DNA from: a virus
Direction: 5' to 3' (one strand)
Length of the DNA stretch: 64,000 nt
Virus record (IMG/VR): IMGVR_UViG_3300025030_000010
Coordinates: 11,382-75,381 of that record
Part shown: in pieces, positions 39,887-48,727 of the stretch
Layout: each line of letters starts with the position of its first letter
How positions within the stretch are numbered: the first letter of the stretch is position 1
Program-made: the position numbers and the translations under genes
Notes under the pieces: model-generated
The model's database searches: none
Told to the model about the DNA's origin: nothing
The model's input: the letters and a program-made list of their open reading frames with translations, nothing else

Positions 39887-41416
39887 CTAGTAAGATGCAA
39901 TATAAGCAGCGCCTATCTGAAGACACTGAAGAACGTGAACACAGCGCTGATCGTTGAACTCGTCTTCACGAACAACGATAGGACCCACGCGCAGAATTCC
40001 ACGCTGCTTCTCGTCTCCGTATTGATTCAGCGCATACATGGCCGTTACATGAGCAAATTTGCGCTTATCTTCGCTGAAGTGCTCACGAGTGATAAGCGGA
40101 ACTAAAGCGCTCGCTGCGTCTGACTGTGTGAGAGATATGAAGCAGCAGTGAAGCTCTTGTGAAAGTCTGCGACCCGCTTTCCACTTTTTGTTCTCGATAC
40201 TACGTGAGTCCGAGCCGCTGTTTTCTTCAGGAGCTTTGATGTCCATGTAGTCGCTGAGAATGACATCTGGAACGAAGCCCTCGGTACGCTCCCAAATGTC
40301 AAGCTGTCTCTTCATGCCGCTAACGCTAAGTGTATCGCTCGGGAACGTCGCCAGCTTAAAGCCTTTTGCTCTGATGCGCTTCTTGTACTCTTTCCCCGCC
40401 GCGAGTGCTTCTCTCCACGTTAGCGGCTTAACTGCCGGACGTTTCTTGTGCCAAACTGCGCCTTGAAACTCTCGCGGATCGTCTTTCTGACAGACGGTGC
40501 AAACGACATGATCTGGAGCGTCTTCGAATTCAAACACACCCTCGGAATCGACAATGGCGTAGCCGTGAGACTTGCGGCACTTCTTGGTACAAATGTCTTT
40601 CTGGTTCTTCTCGCAGTCGAGAATCGGAATCAGAAGTTCGCCGCAGTATTTCGCCATGTCAGACTTGCGAGAAAGAGATATGTGAATTCGTCTCACCTGC
40701 TGATCTTTGGACATATCCCCACAAGAGAAGAAAGCGACATTGCAGCGAGCTTTGTGGGCAAACATCGAAAGCATCTGAATCCACCACGTCTTGCCTCTTT
40801 TCTCAGGAGCCATGAACACAACGAATGAATCTCGTGTGAACTGATCATTGAGCAATCTGCCGAGAGCGCCAGGGAGTTTGAACAGCGGCTCACTCTTGTT
40901 CTCAAAGGCAGACTGAATCGACTCTTCATCATCGAACGGGTCTATGCCCTCTGTGACCTCTCTTTCGACTTTGTGATAGTCGGCTATCGCGTCTTCTGCG
41001 GCTTCGATGTCGTTCTGTTCAAGACAGAAATCAAGCTCGTCTCTGAGGTTCTTTGCAGAGCGAAGCTTAAAATACTTAACGGTCTTGTCCATCAAGTATT
41101 CAACATTGAACTTTTCAGCGTGCTCGAACTCGTCCGAGAGAGTATCCAAGAACTCTTCGATGTAAGTCACAAGCTCGTCGTCCGGCTTAGTCTTCAGCCA
41201 GTCTTCGAACAGCTCTTTGATATCCTCGTTCGGAGCTTTCTCATACTGCTGATAGAAGTCGATGCACCACTTCGCGATAATCGGCCCGTACTGTATCTCA
41301 AGAAGATCGGCAGTGTAGAGCTGTATCATCTCTCTGAGATACTGAGTCGAGACAATCATGCCGATGATTATCTGTCGTTCGATCAGCGTGTCTACTTTTC
41401 TGCGCTTTACTGCCAT
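39887..41416 (-). CDS. DnaB-like replicative helicase with Cys-rich insertion
   Basis: Walker A variant APEKRGKT, Walker B ILSDY, SLTQS, SEDKRK. Confidence 0.75.
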   Translation of the reverse strand: MAVKRRKVDTLIERQIIIGMIVSTQYLREMIQLYTADLLEIQYGPIIAKWCIDFYQQYEKAPNEDIKELFEDWLKTKPDDELVTYIEEFLDTLSDEFEHAEKFNVEYLMDKTVKYFKLRSAKNLRDELDFCLEQNDIEAAEDAIADYHKVEREVTEGIDPFDDEESIQSAFENKSEPLFKLPGALGRLLNDQFTRDSFVVFMAPEKRGKTWWIQMLSMFAHKARCNVAFFSCGDMSKDQQVRRIHISLSRKSDMAKYCGELLIPILDCEKNQKDICTKKCRKSHGYAIVDSEGVFEFEDAPDHVVCTVCQKDDPREFQGAVWHKKRPAVKPLTWREALAAGKEYKKRIRAKGFKLATFPSDTLSVSGMKRQLDIWERTEGFVPDVILSDYMDIKAPEENSGSDSRSIENKKWKAGRRLSQELHCCFISLTQSDAASALVPLITREHFSEDKRKFAHVTAMYALNQYGDEKQRGILRVGPIVVREDEFNDQRCVHVLQCLQIGAAYIASY

Positions 41417-41418
41417 CG

Positions 41419-41808
41419 CTACACCCCTTCTTGTTCTGACATCATTTTTCTGACAGCCGTTTTCTGATTGTCAGTACCGACTTTCAAAATCAAATCGTGA
41501 AGTTGATTCTTTGCGTGAGTCGCTCCGTCTCCGACGCTCGTGTACTTCTTCAGATACGAGAGCGTCTGAAAGAGCGAATCGAGCAGACTCATTTCTTTCA
41601 GTCTCAAGCGCTCGACCTCTTTCATCATTGCTTCGATGAAGATGTTGCCGTAGAGAGACTTGCGATCAATGCGATACGTGTTGCCACGATGTCTGTAGCT
41701 GCCGATTGTCTCTGCGTTAGTTATCACCGCTTCTCTGTTGAATCTGAACGTCACGCCTTCATGCTCGCACTTGACTATGCCTTCCTCGTCAAACTTGAAA
41801 TTGTTCAT
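41419..41808 (-). CDS. Hypothetical protein
   Basis: GGAG RBS. Confidence 0.5.
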   Translation of the reverse strand: MNNFKFDEEGIVKCEHEGVTFRFNREAVITNAETIGSYRHRGNTYRIDRKSLYGNIFIEAMMKEVERLRLKEMSLLDSLFQTLSYLKKYTSVGDGATHAKNQLHDLILKVGTDNQKTAVRKMMSEQEGV

Positions 41809-41991
41809 TTCGTCTCCCCTACAACTTGTTAAGAATTATTTCTTCGCCGTTGGACAATTTGAAATGAAACTCAGTGTGGTACTGAAGAGTGTGAATAGTA
41901 ATGTTGACAATCAGGACAGCTTCTCCGTAATGAACGAGCTTGTCTCTTCGCTCGTATTTCTGTTTTAGATACTCTATCCACTGCGCTCTGT

Positions 41992-42264
41992 TCATTTCGT
42001 CTTTCTCCTTTCGAATGCGATTTCACTCTGCCCCATCTTCAGCAGTAAAGCACGATGCTCAAAGAGATTCGGTATGGATTCACCCGCGTTGTGCCAAATC
42101 TTCGACATATTGCGAAAGACCTTGACAACAATGGCAGTCTCTTCGTTCATGAACATCGGCACGGGCGGGAGCTTGAGTGTCTTATTCTGTTCGTCTGCCA
42201 ACTTCTGTGCTTCTCTCATGGCAAACTGATACGCTTCGAGCTGCTTCAGATTCAGTCTACTCAT
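41992..42264 (-). CDS. Hypothetical protein
   Basis: Coupled ORF. Confidence 0.5.
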   Translation of the reverse strand: MSRLNLKQLEAYQFAMREAQKLADEQNKTLKLPPVPMFMNEETAIVVKVFRNMSKIWHNAGESIPNLFEHRALLLKMGQSEIAFERRKTK

Positions 42265-42563
42265 GATGCTATACCGAGCGTGCGTTTGATCAGAAGAGCA
42301 TCCTCGGGCTTTGAGGTCAAGTTCATCGACTCGCTTTTATCGTAAACGAAGACATCAAGCTCGCCATCATCGTTGATATAGACGCGAAAGAATCCGGCGC
42401 TTGTTGCCTCTCTGATGTCGAACTTCCCTTCAGGACCCGAACGTCTGTCAGTGTCGCGATACTGAAGACGCATTACCACAGTCTCTGACAAAACCGAGTG
42501 AATCATAGTATCGGGGAATAATACCGCTTCGATGTTTCCGAATGCAACATATTTCGATTTCAT
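42261..42563 (-). CDS. Conserved hypothetical phage protein
   Basis: KYV...FP...H...SAGF...SESMNL.S...D pattern. Confidence 0.55.
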   Translation of the reverse strand: MKSKYVAFGNIEAVLFPDTMIHSVLSETVVMRLQYRDTDRRSGPEGKFDIREATSAGFFRVYINDDGELDVFVYDKSESMNLTSKPEDALLIKRTLGIAS

Positions 42564-42678
42564 TTCCTGTGCTCTCCCTTGTGTTCGAAGTAGTTCAGTC
42601 TAGTCTGTCTATGCTTCACGATGCTGTTGTCAAGTCCAAGCTATGTCCTTGATTAGGTAACGTTATCGAGATAATGTC

Positions 42679-43302
42679 TTATCTGTTCGTTCGTCTGTCT
42701 TTGCCCGAAAGTTCGATAACTTCACACATTCCGCCTATTCGAGATGATATGCGAGTGTCGAGCTTTTCAGCAAGTGCAGGCAGATCGAAGTTTGAGGTAA
42801 AGACAGTGCGCTTCTCATTTGCCCAGCGATAGTCGATGATCTGATAAACGAGAGTCAATGCCCAGTCTGTTGCCTGTTCTACGCCGATATCATCGAGATA
42901 AAGATTCTCTACCTGCTGATACGCTTCGACAATATCTCTTTCACTCTCAAAAGAGGACTTTGAGAATGTTTGACGAATGCGACTGAGTAGATTGATCATC
43001 GATGTGAATGCCACAACTTCGTTAAAGTTACGACTCATGGGGATGTTGCAGATGTCGTTGACGAGGAGGGAAACTGCGAGGTGAGTTTTGCCAGTTCCTG
43101 CGGGGCCGTAGATAAACAGGCCTATGTCGGTGGGGAATGTTGCTCTGTAGTCCTTCAGTCGAGCATTGTGAAACTTTGCGGGGATTGCGAGACACTCGGG
43201 TCCGAAATAAGTCGGCAGCAAAAGCTCACGATTACAAAAGTTGCAGCGTTCAGCGTTGCCACCACGAATTAAAATTGTTTCGTCTCCACATTTACATTTC
43301 AT
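42679..43302 (-). CDS. DnaC/IstB-like helicase loader
   Basis: GPAGTGKTHLA, LYLDDIG, YRW, TSN, RISSRI, GKDRR. Confidence 0.9.
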   Translation of the reverse strand: MKCKCGDETILIRGGNAERCNFCNRELLLPTYFGPECLAIPAKFHNARLKDYRATFPTDIGLFIYGPAGTGKTHLAVSLLVNDICNIPMSRNFNEVVAFTSMINLLSRIRQTFSKSSFESERDIVEAYQQVENLYLDDIGVEQATDWALTLVYQIIDYRWANEKRTVFTSNFDLPALAEKLDTRISSRIGGMCEVIELSGKDRRTNR

Positions 43303-43303
43303 T

Positions 43304-44212
43304 TTAGAGGTCCTCTGTGTTGATTCGTCTGTCAACGATGTTGTAAGTTTGATCTTTGGCAACGTGTCCTGGCTTTATCGAGTTGCCTCGAACTGGTCGC
43401 TTGTCACGTTGAATTGCACTTTGAAGTTTACTGAACTTGGAACGAAACGACTTGGCACAATGACACTCAGGCACATATTCTTTGGCAATGTTGAGTTTGT
43501 ACCACTCAAGTGTCTTGTTGATTGTTGCAACGTCAATCTGTTCAATTTGATGTAGCAGTCTGAAGTGTTTGCTCCATGATTGTAGTGTTGAATCTTTTTG
43601 TTTCTTTCTGCCTATTGATTGTAAGATTTCGTCAAGCTTCTGTGCAAATGAGATGTAGCGTTTATCTTTCTCTTTTACTTCTGACAGAATTTCTTCCGCT
43701 TCCGCCGTCGCGACTGCAAGTTGCGACAAAGAGGTTTTTGACTTTGACTTAGACTTTGGTTCTCTCTCTTCTTCTCTCTCCTGGTTCCTATAAGTTTTTG
43801 AATACGACCCTATAAGTTTTTTTATACGGGTAAAATCCGATTCGATCAGACTACCCTCTTCATTCAAAACATCGTGTATCATCTCTACCATTTTCTTGTA
43901 GCGTTTCGGATATTCATCGTCAATAAATATCCGACGATCTACTTCTTTCGAACCGCGCTTCTGAGTAGTTTCAACTGTGATGAATCCCCATTCTTTCAGC
44001 GCTGCTATTGAGTTTGAAATGGTTTGAGGCCCAACTTGAAGAAGCTGTCCTAACCATCTGTTCGAAGCGTAACACCCTCTGGAGCTTTGAGATAGATTCC
44101 TCAAGTATCCAAATAGAACTCTCTCGGTCATTGTCAACTCTGGGTGAAAGAGAAGTTCAGCGGGTATTCCTATTGACGGTAGACCAAAAGGATCGTCGCG
44201 CTTTTCTATCAT
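43304..44212 (-). CDS. Replication initiator (N-terminal winged HTH)
   Basis: GCYASNRWLGQLL.V...TISNSIAALKEWGFI; directly upstream of DnaC-like gene. Confidence 0.8.
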   Translation of the reverse strand: MIEKRDDPFGLPSIGIPAELLFHPELTMTERVLFGYLRNLSQSSRGCYASNRWLGQLLQVGPQTISNSIAALKEWGFITVETTQKRGSKEVDRRIFIDDEYPKRYKKMVEMIHDVLNEEGSLIESDFTRIKKLIGSYSKTYRNQEREEEREPKSKSKSKTSLSQLAVATAEAEEILSEVKEKDKRYISFAQKLDEILQSIGRKKQKDSTLQSWSKHFRLLHQIEQIDVATINKTLEWYKLNIAKEYVPECHCAKSFRSKFSKLQSAIQRDKRPVRGNSIKPGHVAKDQTYNIVDRRINTEDL

Positions 44213-44436
44213 TGAATCATTCTCTTTTCTCTGAGAGTTTTCATCGAACGCCTGACTGTGCTCTCCGACACGGCACATATCTTTGCAGTTTTTGCGATTG
44301 TGTTCGAATCGAGTTGAGTTATCGCGGCCCAGATGATTTTATCGTTAGATGATAAATCCGATCTTTCTAGCACCGCATTGATAACGAAACATCCTTGAAA
44401 AAATCCGTGAACGTCTAATCTTTTGGACTCTGTCAA
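44209..44436 (-). CDS. Small HTH protein
   Basis: DLSSNDKII...IAKTAKICAVSESTVRRSMKTL; TTG start after AGGAGG. Confidence 0.65.
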   Translation of the reverse strand: MTESKRLDVHGFFQGCFVINAVLERSDLSSNDKIIWAAITQLDSNTIAKTAKICAVSESTVRRSMKTLREKRMIQ

Positions 44437-44453
44437 TTTGACACCTCCTGAGC

Positions 44454-44650
44454 AAAAAAAATACCCGTCCCCAGAAGTGCCAGCTTCCGAGAACGGGTAT
44501 TTAGGTAAAGCGAGATGTCTCGCTTCGACCGTTTCTTAAACTCATTCTGGCAAATGAGTCTGCATTGTTTGAGAGTTTGCGGAACGACAGGGGGCCGCTC
44601 CGCAAACTGGGTGTTACTCTGTGACGCTGGTTGCGTCGCATTCAGAAAGC
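44454..44650 (-). ncRNA. Structured 5' leader with two complementary hairpin loops and terminator
   Basis: Loops UGCCAG and CUGGCA; the 19-bp stem uses G-U pairs on the minus strand and ends in a U-tract. Confidence 0.6.
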
Positions 44651-44653
44651 TTG

Positions 44654-44682
44654 ACGATACAGTATCATTAAGATGATGTCAA
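44654..44682 (-). promoter_or_regulatory. Sigma70-type promoter of replication operon
   Basis: TTGACA-17 nt-TATCGT. Confidence 0.75.
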
Positions 44683-44702
44683 CAACGTTCTCATGAGTTG
44701 AT

Positions 44703-44990
44703 CTAGTTGTTTCTCCAGTATCTTTTCCCATCGTCACAAGACCAACAAGTTTGATCAGGAATGACTGTCACAACCGTTGTGACACCGACTGTGTTGCCGT
44801 TGATAGTGTTTCCGATTCCAGTGAGAGTCGAGCCTTCTCTGAACTCGACCGCTTTACAGTTGTTAGCTGCTGCGAATTCGCTCCACTCTTTCTGCTCTTG
44901 TGCATCGTACTTCACAACTAAGATCATGACCGCAAGTACCGCAATGCAGATAGCGTAAACTCCCCACAGCTCTTTCAGATGATTCACCAT
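44703..44990 (-). CDS. Small membrane-anchored protein
   Basis: N-terminal TM helix; C...CDDG. Confidence 0.55.
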   Translation of the reverse strand: MVNHLKELWGVYAICIAVLAVMILVVKYDAQEQKEWSEFAAANNCKAVEFREGSTLTGIGNTINGNTVGVTTVVTVIPDQTCWSCDDGKRYWRNN

Positions 44991-45901
44991 AATCCTAACT
45001 CCTTCATTAGTTTGTCTGCCTCTCGCTGCTTCATCTCGCCAGGGTCACCTTCGTCAAGCTCCAGAATTTCAACTTCAACGCCTCTCGCTGATAACAACAC
45101 AGCTATCAACTCGGACTGCTTTCGTGCCGCGAGTTCTCCGCCGTCGAACATGACGTAGACTTTCTTAAACTTCTTTGCCAGCAGATTGACTTGCGCTAGA
45201 GTGAAGCTGATTCCGAAACAGCAGACAGCGCCTGGGCCTAGTCTCCACACGTCTGCGATTCCTTCAACGAGCAAGCACGCATCGCCTTCAGCTTCATCGT
45301 AGCCGTAGACTATCGTTTGATGTTCCATTACCTCGTTGCACTTCTCGCAAGCTTTGTACTTCAGATCGGACTTATCTGTGATGTCTCGTCCTTGATAACT
45401 GACCATTTTACCTTTGAAGTAGATAGGAGCAATGATTCGCCACTTATATGGTCCGATCGGTCCGACACACTTCAAGTTCCAGATATCAACTAGATCAGCG
45501 GGGTTATAGTTACGTCCTATCAGATAATCAACATGACGCTTTGTGAGTTCTTGAATTCCGAGCGGCCACTTCGTTTCTCTGCGTATCTGAACACGGACAG
45601 GACTCGCTACAGCGTCATTTCTCGACTGTGTGCGAGCATTCCCCTTGAACTCAGCTTGAATCTTCTTTGCCGCTTTAAAATCGCAGCCCAGAACAGCTTT
45701 GATTACATCGATCTGAGAATGCTTGCCACATCTCCAACACTTAACAGCGCCAGTCGAGACGTGAACCCCTAAGTGGAAGCCACGAGAGCCGACACAGAAT
45801 GGACAATGTATCTGTACCCACCCTGGTCGGCATCTCTTGTGTCCACTAATCGCGTGCTCAATGCGATAGTCCTGATAAAATTTAAGGACGTTGAAGCTCA
45901 C
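44984..45901 (-). CDS. DNA primase (Zn finger + TOPRIM)
   Basis: CPFC...CWRC, YQGR, VEGIAD, MFDG, DPG. Confidence 0.88.
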   Translation of the reverse strand: MSFNVLKFYQDYRIEHAISGHKRCRPGWVQIHCPFCVGSRGFHLGVHVSTGAVKCWRCGKHSQIDVIKAVLGCDFKAAKKIQAEFKGNARTQSRNDAVASPVRVQIRRETKWPLGIQELTKRHVDYLIGRNYNPADLVDIWNLKCVGPIGPYKWRIIAPIYFKGKMVSYQGRDITDKSDLKYKACEKCNEVMEHQTIVYGYDEAEGDACLLVEGIADVWRLGPGAVCCFGISFTLAQVNLLAKKFKKVYVMFDGGELAARKQSELIAVLLSARGVEVEILELDEGDPGEMKQREADKLMKELGLW

Positions 45902-46446
45902 GTTTATTCCTCGCTGGTGTCGATTCTGCGAATGAATTTCTGAACTTCATCAAAAGGTCTTCCGTCCTCTTCTCCGGGCATGTATATGTGCTGATCGACA
46001 ATCTCTCCGACGGATATGTTGCCGGCGATCTTTACTAACCACAGTTCCCCGTTGTCAGGCTCGTTCTTCTTTAGATCGATCAGAATGTCAACTATATCCT
46101 GAGTCAAAGAAACAATCTCGCTCGCCTTCATTAGCGGGTACTTTGTGGGAAATGGAAACTTGTTTTTCTTATACTTCGGCTCTCTCACCGCAGCGAGAAG
46201 CTTACCCATGGACTCTCGAATCTCTTTCAGTTCTTTCTTGGTCAACATAGTGGCCCCCAATGAATACTTAGAATTCTGTTGCACTTCTTTTCGTGCCCGC
46301 CGTCGGCCGCTCGTGATGCAGTCGAGCCGCATTTATACACGACTTCGACCCCATCATCCGAGCGGCGTTCAGCATTGCAGAAAGGGCACAGATAGGCAAC
46401 TCTTCGGACGTTCTCCAATTCGTTATCCGTCTCTGTGTTTACCATG

Positions 46447-46893
46447 TTAGCAGGTCCCAGAGTGAAGCGGGTTGCCGTTAGTGTCGAGTAAGATTCCGCC
46501 AGTGACCGATTTCACAGTCTGAATCGAGTTGAGAGCATTGAAGATCGGAGCGAAGAGTTCGACAATCTTCTCTTCATCGCTGCGCGTGTCGTTCTTCATC
46601 ATGTCGGGAGTGATGATTACTGTGAAGCTGTGAACCTTCTCCGTTGCAGGCTGAACTACGGTCAGCTTAATGACAAGACCCTGACTGTAGTCCACGAACA
46701 GAGTCAAACCCGCTGTTCCTTTGACCGCTGCGTTCAACTTGTCGATCTGATCGGAGATGTAGAAGAAGGCGCTTTTCTGCTGTGTCTGCGCCTGAAGGGA
46801 TTGCACAAGGGCAACAATTCGATCAACAGTTGTTTCATCGTTGATCGTCCCCTCAGTGTTGTCTTTGATGATGCTGGCGATTTCTCTCTTCAT
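46447..46893 (-). CDS. Hypothetical protein
   Basis: AGGAG RBS; coupled. Confidence 0.55.
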   Translation of the reverse strand: MKREIASIIKDNTEGTINDETTVDRIVALVQSLQAQTQQKSAFFYISDQIDKLNAAVKGTAGLTLFVDYSQGLVIKLTVVQPATEKVHSFTVIITPDMMKNDTRSDEEKIVELFAPIFNALNSIQTVKSVTGGILLDTNGNPLHSGTC

Positions 46894-47567
46894 TTCTTGT
46901 TTCTCCTTTTCTTCGCGGGTTTGGGTGCTTCTGGCGGTTTGCAGATTCTCTCGTATTCTTGCGAGACTCGATTATACTTTGTTCCGCAACGATAGTGTCC
47001 TGAAATATCATCACCGAACTCGATTGTAGACTGACAGTGAGGACACGTCTGACTCATTTTCTCAGTGTGCAGGAGCTTGATGCGCTCGCGTTGACCTTTT
47101 ATGAGTTCCTGAAACGTGGGGCAAGTCGCGTTGACTTTGCAGGTTCCATGACAAGTGATGTTGTTCACCCACCAAGGAGATTCACCCTCGAACTTGCATT
47201 TGTAATCGCAGTCACGGGGAGGATTCATCGAATAACCGCCGTGACCTAGACCAGTATATGGGACTTCTTTGACTTCTTTGACTTGCTTCACTCTCACCCC
47301 TTTTGTTCTCCCGCTTCTGCGCGGCTGAGGATTGTCAGGAGCGCGTGTTGTCTCTTCGTGCAAGTCAATCAGCTCTTTTACTTCAGAGACGCTACTGGCG
47401 GGGATTCTGCGCTCGTCCTGCTGCTTGAGATTGTAGACAGCGTAAAGCTTCCCCGAGTTGGCACCTTTGCAAATGTGGCCATGCTTGTACTCGATGCAGC
47501 GTCCGAGCTGTTCGCGAAGCGTTTCTTTCGGCTTCTGTGTCTGTGTGATTCCTTTAGTTCTCGCCAC
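46890..47567 (-). CDS. Cys-rich basic hypothetical protein
   Basis: Several Cys clusters; AGGAG RBS. Confidence 0.6.
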   Translation of the reverse strand: MARTKGITQTQKPKETLREQLGRCIEYKHGHICKGANSGKLYAVYNLKQQDERRIPASSVSEVKELIDLHEETTRAPDNPQPRRSGRTKGVRVKQVKEVKEVPYTGLGHGGYSMNPPRDCDYKCKFEGESPWWVNNITCHGTCKVNATCPTFQELIKGQRERIKLLHTEKMSQTCPHCQSTIEFGDDISGHYRCGTKYNRVSQEYERICKPPEAPKPAKKRRNKK

Positions 47568-48402
47568 TGGTTTCTCCTTTGGACATATTTTGAATCTTTA
47601 GTAAGTCCATCTCGCCTTCGAATTTAACGTTTAAAGTGCCTTCTACTTTGAAACTTCTGTCGGTTGACTCGAAGTTCATCATCAGCGGAGCGGGGTAGTC
47701 GATAATCGGAAGATAACGCATTGAATCGATTGTGTCAGAACCCATCGCTCGAATGCTGTCGGCAGCTCTTCTGATATCTGCTATCAGCGCCTCGCCTGTT
47801 ACTGGATTCTCGTCCCATGTTGAAGTTGCTTTTATCGGAAAAGCTTTATCGTACCATTCTTCTGATTTCTTTCGCATTGCTTCTGCAATCCCAGGTGAAG
47901 CAGGTTCAACATACGGATCGTCCATTATCAGAATCGAGTTTGTTCTACCGATGATATTCGGAAGAGGAGCTCTTCTGCCGATAATATTTGCAGGGTGATT
48001 CTTATCCGCGCTTCGATTCTTCATAACGGTCAGATTCGGGAAAACTGAATTTCGATTGATGTCGAAATTCCCCATGTATTGACTTGCGAAATCCAACTGA
48101 TTAACACCAAACTTCCCGTATATGCTGTTTGTCGTGATCTTTCTTTGCAGCTTTTCCCAGAAAGCTTTCATGTTTCTTTTATCGACATACTTCGTTGTCA
48201 GTCCGGCCGATGTCAATATACGCTCTGCGCCTCGATACGCTCTGGAGCATTTCTCGTGGAAGACGTAATGCTTCGAGCGAGCTTTAACGTTGAGGATGTC
48301 AAGATACTTCGTCTTGACTTTGACGTAGATTCCTTTTCTGACTCTGTGATTAATCACTCTGTCGGAATTGGCCAACAGTTCGTTACAGACTCGACATTTC
48401 AC
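47554..48402 (-). CDS. Mosaic of short phage core-protein motifs (candidate decoy protein)
   Basis: KITTNSIYGKFG, LDFASQY, VMKNRS, GRTNSILIMDDP...EEWY, DTIDSMRY, FKVEGTLNVKFE in 282 aa. Confidence 0.6.
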   Translation of the reverse strand: MKCRVCNELLANSDRVINHRVRKGIYVKVKTKYLDILNVKARSKHYVFHEKCSRAYRGAERILTSAGLTTKYVDKRNMKAFWEKLQRKITTNSIYGKFGVNQLDFASQYMGNFDINRNSVFPNLTVMKNRSADKNHPANIIGRRAPLPNIIGRTNSILIMDDPYVEPASPGIAEAMRKKSEEWYDKAFPIKATSTWDENPVTGEALIADIRRAADSIRAMGSDTIDSMRYLPIIDYPAPLMMNFESTDRSFKVEGTLNVKFEGEMDLLKIQNMSKGETSGEN

Positions 48403-48548
48403 ATTAGACCTCGTGCTCTACATTTGTACCAAAGTTGACGATTCGTTGCGAATAGATTCGATTTGATTGCTGCAAACCATGCTCCACACGGGAAGCAGTG
48501 ATTGTATTTCTTTAGATAGTCTCTACTCCCGCAAACTGGGCATCTCAT
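48399..48548 (-). CDS. 49-aa zinc-ribbon protein (not in ORF track)
   Basis: MRCPVCGSRDYLKKYNHCFPCG...; overlaps both neighbours by ATGA/GTGA coupling. Confidence 0.55.
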   Translation of the reverse strand: MRCPVCGSRDYLKKYNHCFPCGAWFAAIKSNLFATNRQLWYKCRARGLM

Positions 48549-48727
48549 AAAATGCCTGCCGAACTCATGACCTTAAATGCCAGTGTGTAAGCTTTCGCGC
48601 AGCTTTCGTGCATTGAGACTTTTATTCCTGTTCTAGGTAAATTGAGAATTCCATCGTGTTCGATTTTCATTCTGGCGCGATTCCGATCCTTCTTTTTTAG
48701 ATTCGTCTTGCAGAAATAACACTTCAT
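48545..48727 (-). CDS. Small CxxC...HxxC protein
   Basis: Similar to N-terminus of 47554-48402. Confidence 0.6.
   Translation of the reverse strand: MKCYFCKTNLKKKDRNRARMKIEHDGILNLPRTGIKVSMHESCAKAYTLAFKVMSSAGIL

Noticed and set aside
47554-48402. Pseudogene of a polymerase or terminase
   Set aside because: The ORF is intact and coupled to neighbours, and the motifs come from different families in non-native order.
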